Source of the DNA: Candidatus Bathyarchaeota archaeon
GTDB lineage: Archaea > Thermoproteota > Bathyarchaeia > Bathyarchaeales > Bathycorpusculaceae
DNA: 64,000 nucleotides
NCBI GenBank assembly: GCA_963702095.1
Contig: OY969706.1
Span: 2,400,001 to 2,464,000, forward strand
Direction of reading: 5' to 3'
This document shows, in pieces, positions 1-10,603 of this stretch (the stretch's first letter is position 1; every line of letters starts with the position of its first letter). The translations under genes and the position numbers were made by a program. A model generated the notes under the pieces. That model did no database searches. It was given only the letters and a program-made list of their open reading frames with translations, and was not told the DNA's origin.

Positions 1-1474
1 AGGTGGAGGGGTGCTTCGTCGGGGCTTCCGACTGCGTTTGCGACTTTGGTTATGGCAGCTGTTAGGTCTTTGAAGAAGGCTTCCATAAGTTTCTGTTCTT
101 CGTCAAGGCACAAGTTGCGGTCGTCTGGTAGGCTGCCGATTACGTGGGATATGCAGAGGGGTGCGCCTTTGTAGCGGGTGCAACTGACTTTGGCGCTGAG
201 CATAGAGACGACGTCGAGCATGTAGTCCCATTCGACAAAGAGGTAAATGCGGATCAAGCCATCCGTGTTATAGAGCAGTGCTGAGTCTGCGCCTGCACTT
301 GGGCTATCCTCTGGGAGTCCGCCGTATCCTGTGCCCGTGAGCCAAGGCATCCATCGGCTCTTGCTTGAGTAGAGGCTTTTGGGGCGGATGCCACCGAGCA
401 TGTATTGGGCGCGTTGGATGAGCCAATCGAGTTTGGCGCCGATGATTGGGTCAGTTGAGAGTTCATGGACTTTTTGGGGGTCTTTGGCTTGGATGGTTTT
501 GAATTCGTAGGGCCGCAAGTAGGCGGTGTCGACTACGGCTTTTAGTTTGGCGAGGTCCTCGAGTTTGGCGACTCCATAATGCCCCAGTGCCTTCTGTTCG
601 CCACGGCTCAGATTGAGCAGGGCGATGCTTTCGGACTCGACGGCGCAGACGATGCAGCATTCGTTGAAGCCGCAGTTGTCACATCCACAGCAAAGCTGGT
701 ACTCCACCTGTTCGATGGGTGTGTGGTGGATGCGGTTGAGTTCGCCGTTTTTAGCCAGCAGCCGCTCCACATCTTGGATTAGTGGGCTTAGCTTGAATTT
801 CGGCAGGTTATCAGCGCTTAGGCTGCCCAGGTTGGTTTCGCGGTTGATCACCCCGCCTTCCAACTCAACACTTGACGCCAACACACCGAGTTCTTGGGTA
901 AGTAGCAGTATGTAGATGGCGACTTGGATTCGGTGGGCAGTCTGCTCTCTCCATGAGGATTTGAGTTCAAAAATGCGGATTTTGACTTTGCCATCTTTTA
1001 GGGGCCAAACTGCGATTAAGTCGGCGATGCCTTTGACTTCCCACACGCCGATGGGCCCCTTCATGGGCACCTGGTAGAGAAGAATCGGCCTCTGGTCGGC
1101 TTTTTCTCCCTGTGAAAGCTGGTGTTCGATTACGTAGCGGAGGTTATTCATGGAGTCAACAGCTTTTTCCCATCCCCGCTTCCCATATTTGTTAGGGTCG
1201 TAAATGGTGAAGTCCACGTAGTCGGTGGCTTTCTCTTTGAGTTCCGCCACCTTTTTCTCTTCTAAGGCTTTGCCGGTGCCGTAGAGCAGTGGGCTGATGG
1301 GTTTGAAGGCTTCGGCCAAACCCGTTTTTTGACTTCTTTGCCTTCAAATTTGAGTTTGAAGAATCTGGGGCAGCAGTTGAAGCGGATGTACTCGGCGATT
1401 CCCGACGCGGTTAAGCCGCCTTCGTAATCGTCCTCTTCGTCGGGTAATTCTATGCTGAAGTCTTCGCCGCTCAC
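1..1474 (-). CDS. Cas4/Dna2/RecB-family Fe-S nuclease, large protein; 3' part outside the window, frameshift near 1316
   Basis: ORF 1262..1474 (NCCPRFF) continues after a 1-nt shift into a frame open from 1316 to base 1: GIADLI..RIFELKSS..HRIQVAIY (PD-(D/E)xK plus QxxxY) and CDNCGFNECC (Cx2Cx5C). Absent from the ORF track because no stop lies in the window. Confidence 0.75.
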
Positions 1475-1620
1475 TTTAGCCCTCCTCAGGTAAGTCCTAT
1501 GTTGTTGTCTTATTTTGGGCGGAGACTATTGTATTTACCGCTGGTATAGCCGAAAAAACGCTTTTAGAAAACAAGAGGTAGAATGGGGAAAGAGGGGTTG
1601 GAATAAAAAACTGGTTCGGG

Positions 1621-1746
1621 TCTGCTTGCGGCTTATTGCACAACCAGCCTGCAAACGCCAAAACCAGCCAAACCCAAAACACAGCCGCCCACACAGCCCA
1701 CTGGTTGTTGTTGTGTATAGGCGGTTTCCGCCAACAACAACTATAG
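1621..1746 (-). repeat. Dispersed 126-bp element, GTT subtype
   Basis: Reverse complement aligns without gaps to 25265..25390 (94/126 identical by hand count). Confidence 0.95.
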
Positions 1747-1835
1747 AGTAAAACAGTACACAGCACTTTAACATGTTTTCTAGGCATAGCAGATATAAGG
1801 AACCCCACCAAATATTTCGGCACAGAAGTGTCAGT

Positions 1836-2015
1836 ATGTCAGAAAAACTGTCATTAGTTACATGTACAAGCTGCGGTAAACCAATTCCGCCGGGCAGCGA
1901 ATCAACAAAGTTCCTCTGCCCCAACTGCGGCGAAATCCAAATTAAACGCGACGGAAAATGCCGCAAATTCGGCAGACTCTACAGATGCCCCAAATGCGGG
2001 TTCCAAGGACCATAA
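1836..2015 (+). CDS. Small double Zn-ribbon protein (DUF1610/HVO_2753-like)
   Basis: CTSCG..CPNCG..CRK..YRCPKCGFQGP; usual position upstream of EF-1beta; start moved to ATG 1836. Confidence 0.85.
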   Translation: MSEKLSLVTCTSCGKPIPPGSESTKFLCPNCGEIQIKRDGKCRKFGRLYRCPKCGFQGP

Positions 2016-2027
2016 GGCGAGTAACCC

Positions 2028-2306
2028 ATGGGCGCAATCCTAGTAGTCTACAAAGTTTTTCCCGAAGACATCGTGGAAGACTTTGAACCCCTAAAGGAAA
2101 AAATCAAAGCAGTTCTGCCACAGTTCAGCTCCATCGAAGGCTGGGGAACAGAAGAGATTGCCTTCGGACTCAAAGCACTGCTTGTCCAAGTCCGCTTCCC
2201 TGAGGACAAAACAGGCATCGTTGAAGAATTCGAAACCGCATTGGCAAAAATCCCCGGTGTAAGCCAAGCTGAAGCCTTCAACATTCGTCGAACAAGCAGA
2301 GACTAA
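2028..2306 (+). CDS. ef1b: Translation elongation factor 1-beta
   Basis: EEIAFGLKAL motif, 92 aa. Confidence 0.93.
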   Translation: MGAILVVYKVFPEDIVEDFEPLKEKIKAVLPQFSSIEGWGTEEIAFGLKALLVQVRFPEDKTGIVEEFETALAKIPGVSQAEAFNIRRTSRD

Positions 2307-2374
2307 ACCCTTTTTCAATTAAACCCAAAATTTCTTCTTTAAAGAAGCACCTGAATGTTATTGGCGCTACGCTT

Positions 2375-2389
2375 GAAAGTTTATATATT
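2375..2389 (+). promoter_or_regulatory. BRE/TATA promoter of cdc48
   Basis: GAAAGTTTATATATT about 60 bp upstream of the ATG. Confidence 0.6.
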
Positions 2390-2445
2390 AATCCGTTCTT
2401 TTTCAAACACACCTAAGTCAGAGAACTTATTTGGAGAACTTGTAG

Positions 2446-4650
2446 ATGAGTGAAGTTCAACTACGCGTCGGAGACGCACGGCAAAGAGATGTTGGCAGAG
2501 GAATCGCCCGCATAGACCAGCGTACCATGCAGAAACTCGGCATAAGCGCTGGAGACGTTATCGAAATTGTTAACAAACGCACAACAAGCGCCATCGCTTG
2601 GCCAGCTTACAGTGAAGACCAAAACCGCGACATCATCCGCATCGACGGCTTCACACGTAAAAACAGCGGAGTAGCCATCAACGAATACGTTGTGATACGC
2701 CCAGCCAAAGTTAAAACCGCGTTGGCACTCACGTTGGCGCCGGTGGATATGCGCCTAAACGTGGACGAAGACTTCACCAACTTCGTCAAAAACCGCCTTA
2801 TGGAACGCACACTCGTCGAAGGCGACACCACCCTAGTCATGATGCTAGGACACGCCATTCCATTCACAGTTTCAAAAACCCGACCCCACGGCATCATAAA
2901 AGTCACAACCGAAACCCGCCTAACAATCCTAAACGAACCCGCACCCGAAGGCAAAGGATTACCCCGCACAACCTACGAGGACATCGGCGGGCTCCACGAG
3001 GAAATACAGCGCGTACGCGAAATGGTCGAGTTGCCGCTGCGTCACCCAGAGTTGTTCCAGCGACTCGGCATCGAACCACCCAAAGGCGTCCTGCTACATG
3101 GTCCACCAGGCTGTGGCAAAACACTCTTAGCCAGAGCAGTCGCCAACGAATCCGAAGCCAACTTCTACAGCATCAACGGACCCGAAATCATGAGTAAATT
3201 CTACGGTGAATCCGAAGCACGCCTCCGAGAGATCTTCCAGCAAGCCCAACAGAACGCACCCAGCATCATATTCGTCGATGAACTCGACGCCATCGCGCCT
3301 AAACGTGAGGAAGTTACAGGTGAAGTGGAAAGACGTGTAGTCGCCCAATTACTGGCGCTTATGGACGGCTTATCTGGCAGAGGCAACGTTATCGTCATCG
3401 GCGCAACTAACCGTCCAGGCGCACTGGATCCGGCGCTTCGAAGACCCGGCAGATTTGACCGTGAAATCGAAATCAGCGTCCCTGACAAGAAGGGAAGATA
3501 CGAAGTGCTGCAAATTCACACCCGCGGCATGCCACTTCATGGGATAGACGTTCCTGAAGACCAAAAAACAGGTGCAGATGTTGACCTCAAGAAACTCGCA
3601 GGCATGACTCACGGCTACACCGGCGCAGACCTCTCCGCGCTCAGCCGAGAAACCGCCATGAAAGCCCTCCGCCGCTACCTCCCCCAGATTAACCTCGAAG
3701 AAGAACGCATCCCACCAGCGGTGCTAGAAAAAATGGAGGTTAACATGGAGGACTTCGTAGGCGCATACAAAGAAGTCACCCCGACAGCCATGCGTGAGGT
3801 CTACATCGAAGTCTCAACGGTCCACTGGGATGATGCAGGCGGATTAGAAGACGTGAAACAGCACCTCAAAGAAGCCGTGGAGTGGCCGCTTAAAAACCCT
3901 GAAATGTTCACTCGACTGGGCATCAGACCGCCTAGAGGCATCTTGCTGTATGGTCCTCCAGGCTGTGGCAAAACACTCTTAGCCAGAGCAGTGGCAACGG
4001 AGAGCGAAGCCAACTTTATCTCCATCAAAGGACCTGAAGTCTTCAGCAAATGGGTCGGCGAATCTGAGAAGGCAATCCGCGAAGTCTTCCGCAAAGCAAG
4101 AATGGCGGCGCCCGCGGTTATTTTCCTCGACGAAATCGACTCGCTCACGCCCCGTCGTGGTATGGGTATGAGTGACAGCGGCGTATCCGAACGCGTCATA
4201 AGCCAGCTTTTGACTGAAATGGACGGTTTAACGGCTTTGCAAGATATCGTTGTGATTGCTGCGACTAACCGTCCTGACATGGTGGATGGCGCAGTCATCC
4301 GCCCCGGCAGATTCGACCGTTTGATCTATGTGCCTGAACCAGATGATAAGAGCCGTCTACAAATCTTTAAGCTCTACACCAAGGGCATGCCAATCGACGC
4401 CGATGTTGATTTGAACCAGTTGACGATAATGACGAAGTACTACAGTGGCGCTGACATTGAATCGTTGTGCCGTGAAGCTGCGATGCACGCGTTACGTGCG
4501 GATGTTAACAGCAGCATTGTCAAGATGAAGGATTTCCAAGACGCTATGAAAGAGATGGGCCCATCGATTACACCTGACATGGAGAAGTGGTATAAGAGTT
4601 TCATGCAGCAACTCCGACAAGTACAAAAGCCACAAACCCCAGTTGCATAG
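2446..4650 (+). CDS. cdc48: CDC48/VAT AAA+ ATPase
   Basis: N-domain plus two GPPGCGKT Walker A motifs, DE Walker B, RPGRFDR. Confidence 0.97.
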   Translation: MSEVQLRVGDARQRDVGRGIARIDQRTMQKLGISAGDVIEIVNKRTTSAIAWPAYSEDQNRDIIRIDGFTRKNSGVAINEYVVIRPAKVKTALALTLAPVDMRLNVDEDFTNFVKNRLMERTLVEGDTTLVMMLGHAIPFTVSKTRPHGIIKVTTETRLTILNEPAPEGKGLPRTTYEDIGGLHEEIQRVREMVELPLRHPELFQRLGIEPPKGVLLHGPPGCGKTLLARAVANESEANFYSINGPEIMSKFYGESEARLREIFQQAQQNAPSIIFVDELDAIAPKREEVTGEVERRVVAQLLALMDGLSGRGNVIVIGATNRPGALDPALRRPGRFDREIEISVPDKKGRYEVLQIHTRGMPLHGIDVPEDQKTGADVDLKKLAGMTHGYTGADLSALSRETAMKALRRYLPQINLEEERIPPAVLEKMEVNMEDFVGAYKEVTPTAMREVYIEVSTVHWDDAGGLEDVKQHLKEAVEWPLKNPEMFTRLGIRPPRGILLYGPPGCGKTLLARAVATESEANFISIKGPEVFSKWVGESEKAIREVFRKARMAAPAVIFLDEIDSLTPRRGMGMSDSGVSERVISQLLTEMDGLTALQDIVVIAATNRPDMVDGAVIRPGRFDRLIYVPEPDDKSRLQIFKLYTKGMPIDADVDLNQLTIMTKYYSGADIESLCREAAMHALRADVNSSIVKMKDFQDAMKEMGPSITPDMEKWYKSFMQQLRQVQKPQTPVA

Positions 4651-4664
4651 GAAGGAACACTTGT

Positions 4665-4901
4665 ATGCCACAGATGAAAACTTGGAAAACCCGCCCCGCC
4701 TACTTCTTCATATTAGAGATACTGCAGAAGAAAGGCGACATGACCGACGACGACCTCTTTGAACAGCTAAAAGACGAATACGAAGATTTGGGCTTCAAAG
4801 ACTTCAACCAGTTGCTCCTCAACCTTGAAGTCAGCGGGAAAATCCGCGCTTCCTCGATGGCACGGGGCAAACGCCGCGTCGAACTCGTCCACCACCCATA
4901 G
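4665..4901 (+). CDS. Small winged-helix-like hypothetical protein
   Basis: 78 aa, 14 bp after cdc48, wHTH-like pattern (LLNLEVSGKI). Confidence 0.75.
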   Translation: MPQMKTWKTRPAYFFILEILQKKGDMTDDDLFEQLKDEYEDLGFKDFNQLLLNLEVSGKIRASSMARGKRRVELVHHP

Positions 4902-4944
4902 GGCTTTTTAACCCTTCACTTCTTGATTTTAGTTTTTTCGGTTC

Positions 4945-5126
4945 TTTTCTCTTTATGTGGGTGTGACAACCTTAGAAATGCCACAAGACCGCAATTGGGC
5001 ACGGTTGCTTTTTGCGTTTGCAACGTTTCTCAGCGCCCTTTACGGTGTGAGAAAATCGTTTTCCTCCACACCCCCAACATGCCTCCATGCAGAGCCAGGC
5101 ACGATGTGTATGTGAAACCATGTATC
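4945..5126 (+). repeat. Dispersed ~180-bp element, family 2, copy A
   Basis: Colinear with the reverse complement of 59223..59405 (TTTTCTCTTTATGTGGGTGTG, GCCACAAGAC, CGGTTGCTTTTTGCG, TTTCTCAGC), one 1-nt indel. Confidence 0.9.
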
Positions 5127-5241
5127 ATTTGCTTTCTTAGCGAGAAAGTGAACAGCGACAGAAAGCACAATAAGCGGGCACTATTCATAGAATACTTAAG
5201 GAGTTAGCCCTCTGATTAGATCAAGTAATAAAATTTAACTA

Positions 5242-5258
5242 TGTATGAGTCTCATGCA
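5242..5258. promoter_or_regulatory. Putative autoregulatory operator of the solo antitoxin
   Basis: TGTATGAG-T-CTCATGCA near-perfect dyad between AAATTTAA and the ATG. Confidence 0.5.
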
Positions 5259-5263
5259 AGGAT

Positions 5264-5490
5264 ATGGCAACTAAGACGATAAGCATTACACAGGAAGCCC
5301 ACGATGCCTTGCTGCGCGAAAGAATGGGCAAGGAACCTTCTCAGACACAATTCTGCGCTTAACGAAGGAATCAGGAAGACTGGTAGACAGCTTTGGGGTA
5401 TGGAAGATGACAGACCAAGAGGCAAAAAACATTGAAGCTGCCCTTGCCAAAGGTAGGTTGGCGGCAAACAGAAAAAAGAATAACCAGTGA
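5264..5490 (+). pseudogene. VapB-type antitoxin (DUF217/UPF0330-like), frameshifted, no adjacent toxin
   Basis: MATKTISITQEAHDALLRERMGKE, then a 1-nt shift near 5335, then TFSDTILRLTKESGRLVDSFGVWKMTD. Confidence 0.75.
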
Positions 5491-5593
5491 GATGCCGCGG
5501 ACTGATTTAGTTTTGGTAAAACAAAGACCGGTAAAAGTTTTCGCAATCCTCTTTAACTTGTTTTTTTCCTAATCTATTTCGTGGTGTTCTCCT

Positions 5594-6619
5594 TTGGGCG
5601 TTAACTTCAAAGACCTCATCCCTAAAACCCCCGTCAAACTCGAAGACCTCTCAGGCAAAGTCATAGCCATAGATGCGTACAACGCCATCTACCAGTTCCT
5701 AAGCATCATCCGCCAACCCGACGGCACCCCCCTAAAAAACAGCAAAGACCAAATCACCAGCCACCTAAGCGGCTTGTTCTACCGCACCAGCAACCTCATA
5801 GAAATGGGTATAAAACCAATCTATGTTTTTGACGGTAAAGCCCCAGTTTTAAAATCCAAAGAGGTTGAGCGGCGACGTCAGGTTAAGGTTGAGGCGGTTG
5901 TGAGTTATGCAAAGGCAGTGGCAAGCGGCGATACAGAAAAGATGCGGCAGTATGCTCAGGTTGCAACCACTATGAAGCCGTATATGGTGCCGGACAGCAA
6001 AACACTCTTAGAGTTGATGGGGTTGCCTTGGATTCAGGCACCCAGCGAAGGAGAAGCGCAGGCGGCTTACATGAACAAGAAAGGCGACTCAGACTACTGT
6101 GCCAGCCAAGACTACGATAGCCTCCTCTTCGGAGCACCCAAATTGCTCAGAAACGTCACTATCTCAGGGCGACGAAGGCGGGGGAAAGTCTTCATTGAGG
6201 TAGTGCCCGAAGTAGTTGAATTGCGCAAAACACTAAACGAATGCGGACTGAGCCATGAACAGTTGATTGATGTTGGCATCTTGATCGGGACAGACTTCAA
6301 TGACAGCATCAAAGGGCTCGGACCCAAAACTGCGCTTAAACTCATAAAGCAATACGGCACCATAGAAAACGCGTTGCCACACCTTGACGGAGTCACCTAT
6401 GCAGACCAAATAGAGCAAATCCGAAGTATTTTCCTGCATCCTGAGGTTACCGATGACTATAAAATCGAGTGGAGAGAACCCAACGAATCAGGTTTAGTTA
6501 GCTTTCTGTGTAGCGAAAAAGAGTTCGGTGAGGAACGCATCAAGAAATCGATTGAACGCATGACGGCGGGCAGCAAAAAACAGAAGGGCAAGGTTTCGCT
6601 GGAAAAATGGTTTGGCTAA
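5594..6619 (+). CDS. fen: Flap endonuclease 1
   Basis: IDAYNAIYQFL, APSEGEAQAA, SQDYDSLLFG, C-terminal PIP-like SLEKWF. Confidence 0.97.
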   Translation: MGVNFKDLIPKTPVKLEDLSGKVIAIDAYNAIYQFLSIIRQPDGTPLKNSKDQITSHLSGLFYRTSNLIEMGIKPIYVFDGKAPVLKSKEVERRRQVKVEAVVSYAKAVASGDTEKMRQYAQVATTMKPYMVPDSKTLLELMGLPWIQAPSEGEAQAAYMNKKGDSDYCASQDYDSLLFGAPKLLRNVTISGRRRRGKVFIEVVPEVVELRKTLNECGLSHEQLIDVGILIGTDFNDSIKGLGPKTALKLIKQYGTIENALPHLDGVTYADQIEQIRSIFLHPEVTDDYKIEWREPNESGLVSFLCSEKEFGEERIKKSIERMTAGSKKQKGKVSLEKWFG

Positions 6620-6810
6620 ATTATTGGCTGAACTTTTTGCAGTTGCATCCGAGTACTGTGCATTCGTTGTCGTTTCTGTGGCTGCCTCTTGGGTGGTTAC
6701 AGTTACCGCAGTTTTTGAGCACTGTTTCTGAGAGGATTGCATCTCGGGTAAGCAAGTCACTCATAACACATACACCCTGCAATGGTTAAGTAAAGTAAGG
6801 GAGAAAAAGG

Positions 6811-8640
6811 TTACTTTACTGTAACCGATTTCGCGAGGTTGCGTGGCATGTCTGGGTTTAATCCCTTCTCTATGGCAACGTGGTACGCAAGCAGTTGCAG
6901 GGGTACCGCGTAGGGGATCGGCGAGAGCACTGGCGGGATGCCTTTTGGGACTTCTATGTAGTCGTCGGCTAAGCTTTTGACTTCTTCGTCGCCTTCTTCG
7001 ACTACGGCGATTATGTGGGCGCCTCGGGCTTTCATCTCCATAATGTTGCCTATAACGGTTCTATGGGTGTCGTCTCTGGGGCACACGAAAACGACGGGGA
7101 AGCCGTCTTCGACGAGGCTGATTGGGCCGTGTTTGCTTTCGCCCGCGGGGAACGCTATGCTGGGGATGTAGGCGATTTCCATGAGTTTGAGCCTGCCTTC
7201 AAAGGCGGTGGCGGTGCTTATGCCTCTGCCTAAGAAAAAGAACACTTTGCTGCTAGCGTATTTTTTGGCGATGTCTTTGATTTTGTCTTCTTGTGTGGCA
7301 ACGATGTATTGGACGTATTCGGGGAGTTTTTCAAGTTTTTCTTCTAGGGCGTCGATTTCGTCTTGGGATACTTTGCCTCGTTTCTTAGCCAGTTTAAGCG
7401 CAAGCTGCGCCAGCACTGAAAGTTGGGAGGTGAAGGTTTTGGTTGCTGCGACGCCGATTTCTGGTCCTGCCTGAGTGCCAATGTAGACTCGGCTGACACG
7501 GGTCAAGGTGGAGCCGATTACGTTGGTTAAGCTCAAAATTGTGGCGGCGCGTTGCTGGGCACAGCTGACGGCGGCTATGGTGTCGGCGGTTTCTCCTGAT
7601 TGGCTCACGGCAAGGATGGTGCTGTCAATGTTTACGGATTTGCCGCATTGCTCCAAAAACTCTGAGGCATACACGGGGTAAGTGGGCAGAAACGCCAGTT
7701 TGCTGAACATGTATGAGGCTGCGAGGCAGGCGTGGTAGCTTGTGCCGCATGCGACGAGGAATACTTCGTTGGCGCGGTCCAAGAAGGTGGAGAGTAAATC
7801 CAAATAGTGGTCTTGTATGCGGAGTGTGTTGCGTAGGGTTTCGGGTTGCTCGTTGATTTCTTTGATCATGAAGTGTGGATAGCCTTTTTTTACCGCCATC
7901 TCCGAGGTCCATTCAATGGTGATTGGTTCACGTTCGATTGGGACGCCGTCGGGGATCCGTTTGATTTGGTAGCCGTCAGCGGTTAAGATAACAAGTTCCA
8001 TGTTGTTGATCATGACGGCTTTGTTTGTTATTTCCAGAAAAGCAGGAATGTCGCTGGCGCAGAACACTCCTCTGCCGTTTATACCCAAAACCAAAGGACT
8101 CTCGTTTCTGGCACAGACGATTTTGTGGGGTTCACGGCTGGAGAGGATGGCGAATGCGTAGGAACCCTCTATACGCCTGAGGCTATCCATAACCACCTGC
8201 TCAAAAGATAGTTTGGGATTCTGCTTCCATGTTTCCTCGATTAAGTGTGCCATGACTTCAGTGTCGGTTTTGGAGACAAAGGTGTGGCCGAGGTTTTGGA
8301 GTTCGGATTTGAGGTCGAGGAAGTTTTCGATGATGCCGTTGTGGACGACGACGATGTCGCCTTTGCAGTCGGTGTGGGGGTGACTGTTAACTTTTAGGGG
8401 GGCGCCGTGTGTGGCCCATCTGGTGTGGCCGATGCCTATGGGTCCAGGCATGTCGTCGAGGTTGAGGAGTTTGTCGACTTCGTCAATTTTGCCTTGGTCC
8501 TTTTTTATGTTGATTTTACCTTCGTTTATGGTAGCGATGCCGACTGAGTCGTAACCGCGGTATTCGAGTCGTTTAAGCAAAGAATGGATTAGGGGTGCAG
8601 CGTTGCCTTCTTTTAAAACACAACCAAATATTCCACACAT
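6811..8640 (-). CDS. glmS: Glutamine-fructose-6-phosphate aminotransferase
   Basis: MCGI, GHTRWATHG, PRNLAKSVTV. Confidence 0.98.
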   Translation of the reverse strand: MCGIFGCVLKEGNAAPLIHSLLKRLEYRGYDSVGIATINEGKINIKKDQGKIDEVDKLLNLDDMPGPIGIGHTRWATHGAPLKVNSHPHTDCKGDIVVVHNGIIENFLDLKSELQNLGHTFVSKTDTEVMAHLIEETWKQNPKLSFEQVVMDSLRRIEGSYAFAILSSREPHKIVCARNESPLVLGINGRGVFCASDIPAFLEITNKAVMINNMELVILTADGYQIKRIPDGVPIEREPITIEWTSEMAVKKGYPHFMIKEINEQPETLRNTLRIQDHYLDLLSTFLDRANEVFLVACGTSYHACLAASYMFSKLAFLPTYPVYASEFLEQCGKSVNIDSTILAVSQSGETADTIAAVSCAQQRAATILSLTNVIGSTLTRVSRVYIGTQAGPEIGVAATKTFTSQLSVLAQLALKLAKKRGKVSQDEIDALEEKLEKLPEYVQYIVATQEDKIKDIAKKYASSKVFFFLGRGISTATAFEGRLKLMEIAYIPSIAFPAGESKHGPISLVEDGFPVVFVCPRDDTHRTVIGNIMEMKARGAHIIAVVEEGDEEVKSLADDYIEVPKGIPPVLSPIPYAVPLQLLAYHVAIEKGLNPDMPRNLAKSVTVK

Positions 8641-8863
8641 TATCTATGACCTTCAACTTACTGTATATGACTAGCTTATGGAAGGCTGAATATCGGTTAT
8701 AAGCATTTTTAACATTTATGTTTGGTTGCTAACACTTTTTTTATAGCGGTATCTGCGGTGTTTATAAGCAATCGGCTGCTAAACGGCTGCTTTCCAAGCG
8801 TCACATGTAACTATTATAAACAAATTTTTTATAGTACCTCCGAGCTATTGCCATGACCACAAC

Positions 8864-9826
8864 ATGGGCAAAAAACTGCTTCTCCAAGACAACGGCACAA
8901 CCCAGCAAATCAAAGAAATCAGCATCCTAAACGACTCCCAAGAACTAAAAAATATGCTCGGCAACCTCAGCTGGAAAATCCTCACCCTTCTCTCCAAAAA
9001 AGAAATGTACCCCATAGAAATCGCCAAACACATAGGCATGCATGAACAAAAAGTCTACTACCACATCCGCAAACTCGCCAAAGCCGGCGCCATAAGCGTA
9101 GCCAAAGAAGAAAAAAAGAAAGGCGCCACAGCAAAATACTACAAAACCACTTCCCCAGCGTTCGGCATAGAGTTTCCCGGAGGATACATGCCCATCCAGA
9201 ACTTCTGCACCATAGGCATTGATGAGCAACTGCAGACGTTCTTCAAAGAATTCATCTTTGACGGCACCTTCGACGGGAAAATCGTCGTCGGCAGCCCCCA
9301 GCCTCATGGACCCTTCAAGACAAGCGCCCGAGACGGCCACTATGCTGCGCACTTGGCGTTGTTTTTGGGGCAATTTGCCAAGTTGCCTGTAGAGTTCGCG
9401 GTTAAGCTTGACGTGGACGTTAAGGTAGAGAAGGAAGAGAAGAATAATCTCATTTTAGTCGGTGGACCAGGCACCAACCTGTTAACGCAGGAAATCAACG
9501 AGTACCTTCCGATTAAATTTATCATGCAATCCTCTGAGCAGGGTTTTATGCTTGGCGGCTTATCAGCTAAGAAGACGGGGCAGGTTTACACCTCAGATGT
9601 GTCTGGGCTTGTAGCTAAAATAGTGAATCCTTGGGATCCCTCTAAACGCATAATCGTTTTAGCTGGCAACAAGGCCGTGGGAACCAAAGCATGTGTTATT
9701 GCGTTGACGAATTTGTGGCAGAAGACCCTACAGAAATATAAGGGTGAAGACACGTTTGCGGTTGTTATTGTCGGTTTTGACTTGGACGGCGACGGCAAAG
9801 TAGATTCAATCGAGGTACGAGAATAA
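8864..9826 (+). CDS. ArsR-type HTH regulator fused to a conserved archaeal C-terminal domain
   Basis: YPIEIAKHIGMHEQKVYYHIRKL HTH; NLILVGGPGTN; GFDLDGDGKVD. Confidence 0.75.
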   Translation: MGKKLLLQDNGTTQQIKEISILNDSQELKNMLGNLSWKILTLLSKKEMYPIEIAKHIGMHEQKVYYHIRKLAKAGAISVAKEEKKKGATAKYYKTTSPAFGIEFPGGYMPIQNFCTIGIDEQLQTFFKEFIFDGTFDGKIVVGSPQPHGPFKTSARDGHYAAHLALFLGQFAKLPVEFAVKLDVDVKVEKEEKNNLILVGGPGTNLLTQEINEYLPIKFIMQSSEQGFMLGGLSAKKTGQVYTSDVSGLVAKIVNPWDPSKRIIVLAGNKAVGTKACVIALTNLWQKTLQKYKGEDTFAVVIVGFDLDGDGKVDSIEVRE

Positions 9827-10260
9827 TGGCGCCAAAAAAAATGGTTGAAGTCATCCATGCGTTTGGGCACCCAAACATCCGGTCAAGTCACCCAACCACG
9901 ATTATGTTCACTAAAGAGCGGCAGGTAACCCAACGCGGCGACTGCGTGGTGGCGGTAGCAGCGGACAAGGCGGTGGCTGATTTAAGCACAGAATTCAAGG
10001 AAGCACTACGGCAGCCCAATGCTAAATTAACTATAGAACTGGAAGTGGACGGTTTAGTGGGGCAAATAAACGCTTCTGGCTCCCCTGAGTTGACGCTAAA
10101 CCACCCAGACGATTTGGTGATACGGACAAGCGAGTTTGTTTCAGACAGAACCTTAGCCGTGAAAGCGGACAAATCATCTGGCGACCTCTCAAGAGCAGTT
10201 GTGGAAAAACTGAAAAACCCAAAACAACAAGTCACCTTAACCCTAACTGTAGAAACCTAA
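9826..10260 (+). CDS. DUF371 family protein
   Basis: GHPNIRSSHPTT..RGDCVV motifs; TAATG overlap with the upstream gene. Confidence 0.88.
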   Translation: MAPKKMVEVIHAFGHPNIRSSHPTTIMFTKERQVTQRGDCVVAVAADKAVADLSTEFKEALRQPNAKLTIELEVDGLVGQINASGSPELTLNHPDDLVIRTSEFVSDRTLAVKADKSSGDLSRAVVEKLKNPKQQVTLTLTVET

Positions 10261-10293
10261 CGATTTCGGCGTAGCCCCAACCGTTAAGCCCAT

Positions 10294-10494
10294 TCAGGGT
10301 TGCGTAAGCACCATGTAGTAGGTTATTGCGGCAGCAGCAGCCGTGAAGCACAGCAAACCAGCAATTGTCACTATGTTATTGCTCAATATTTGACCTAACC
10401 CTAAAAGGGAAGCAAACAACGCGATAAAGCAGAAAATCGCCAATTTCAACTCCACTATTTGCTTACTGTTTTGCTCTTGCTGAATGATATCCAT
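10294..10494 (-). CDS. Small two-TM membrane protein
   Basis: 66 aa hydrophobic ORF, GGTGA SD upstream. Confidence 0.6.
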   Translation of the reverse strand: MDIIQQEQNSKQIVELKLAIFCFIALFASLLGLGQILSNNIVTIAGLLCFTAAAAAITYYMVLTQP

Positions 10495-10603
10495 TGATTC
10501 TCACCGTATAGCAGTACAGTGGCGTGCGGATTATAGCCCTACCATTTAGAACCACAAATCTAAACCTTAGAGCTTTTACATCTAAAACGGCGAACAGAAT
10601 TAT

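Noticed and set aside
1497-1823. ORFs sharing YSCCW..IHNNNQ..GWL (also 25224..25427 and near 62500) as a small-protein family
   Set aside because: They are translations of the 126-bp repeat; starts are not shared and the GAA copy at 30072 has a stop in the same frame
3101-3980. Direct repeat GGTCC..CCAGGCTGTGGCAAAACACTCTTAGCCAGAGCAGT near 3101 and 3952
   Set aside because: The two Walker A regions of CDC48; internal domain duplication
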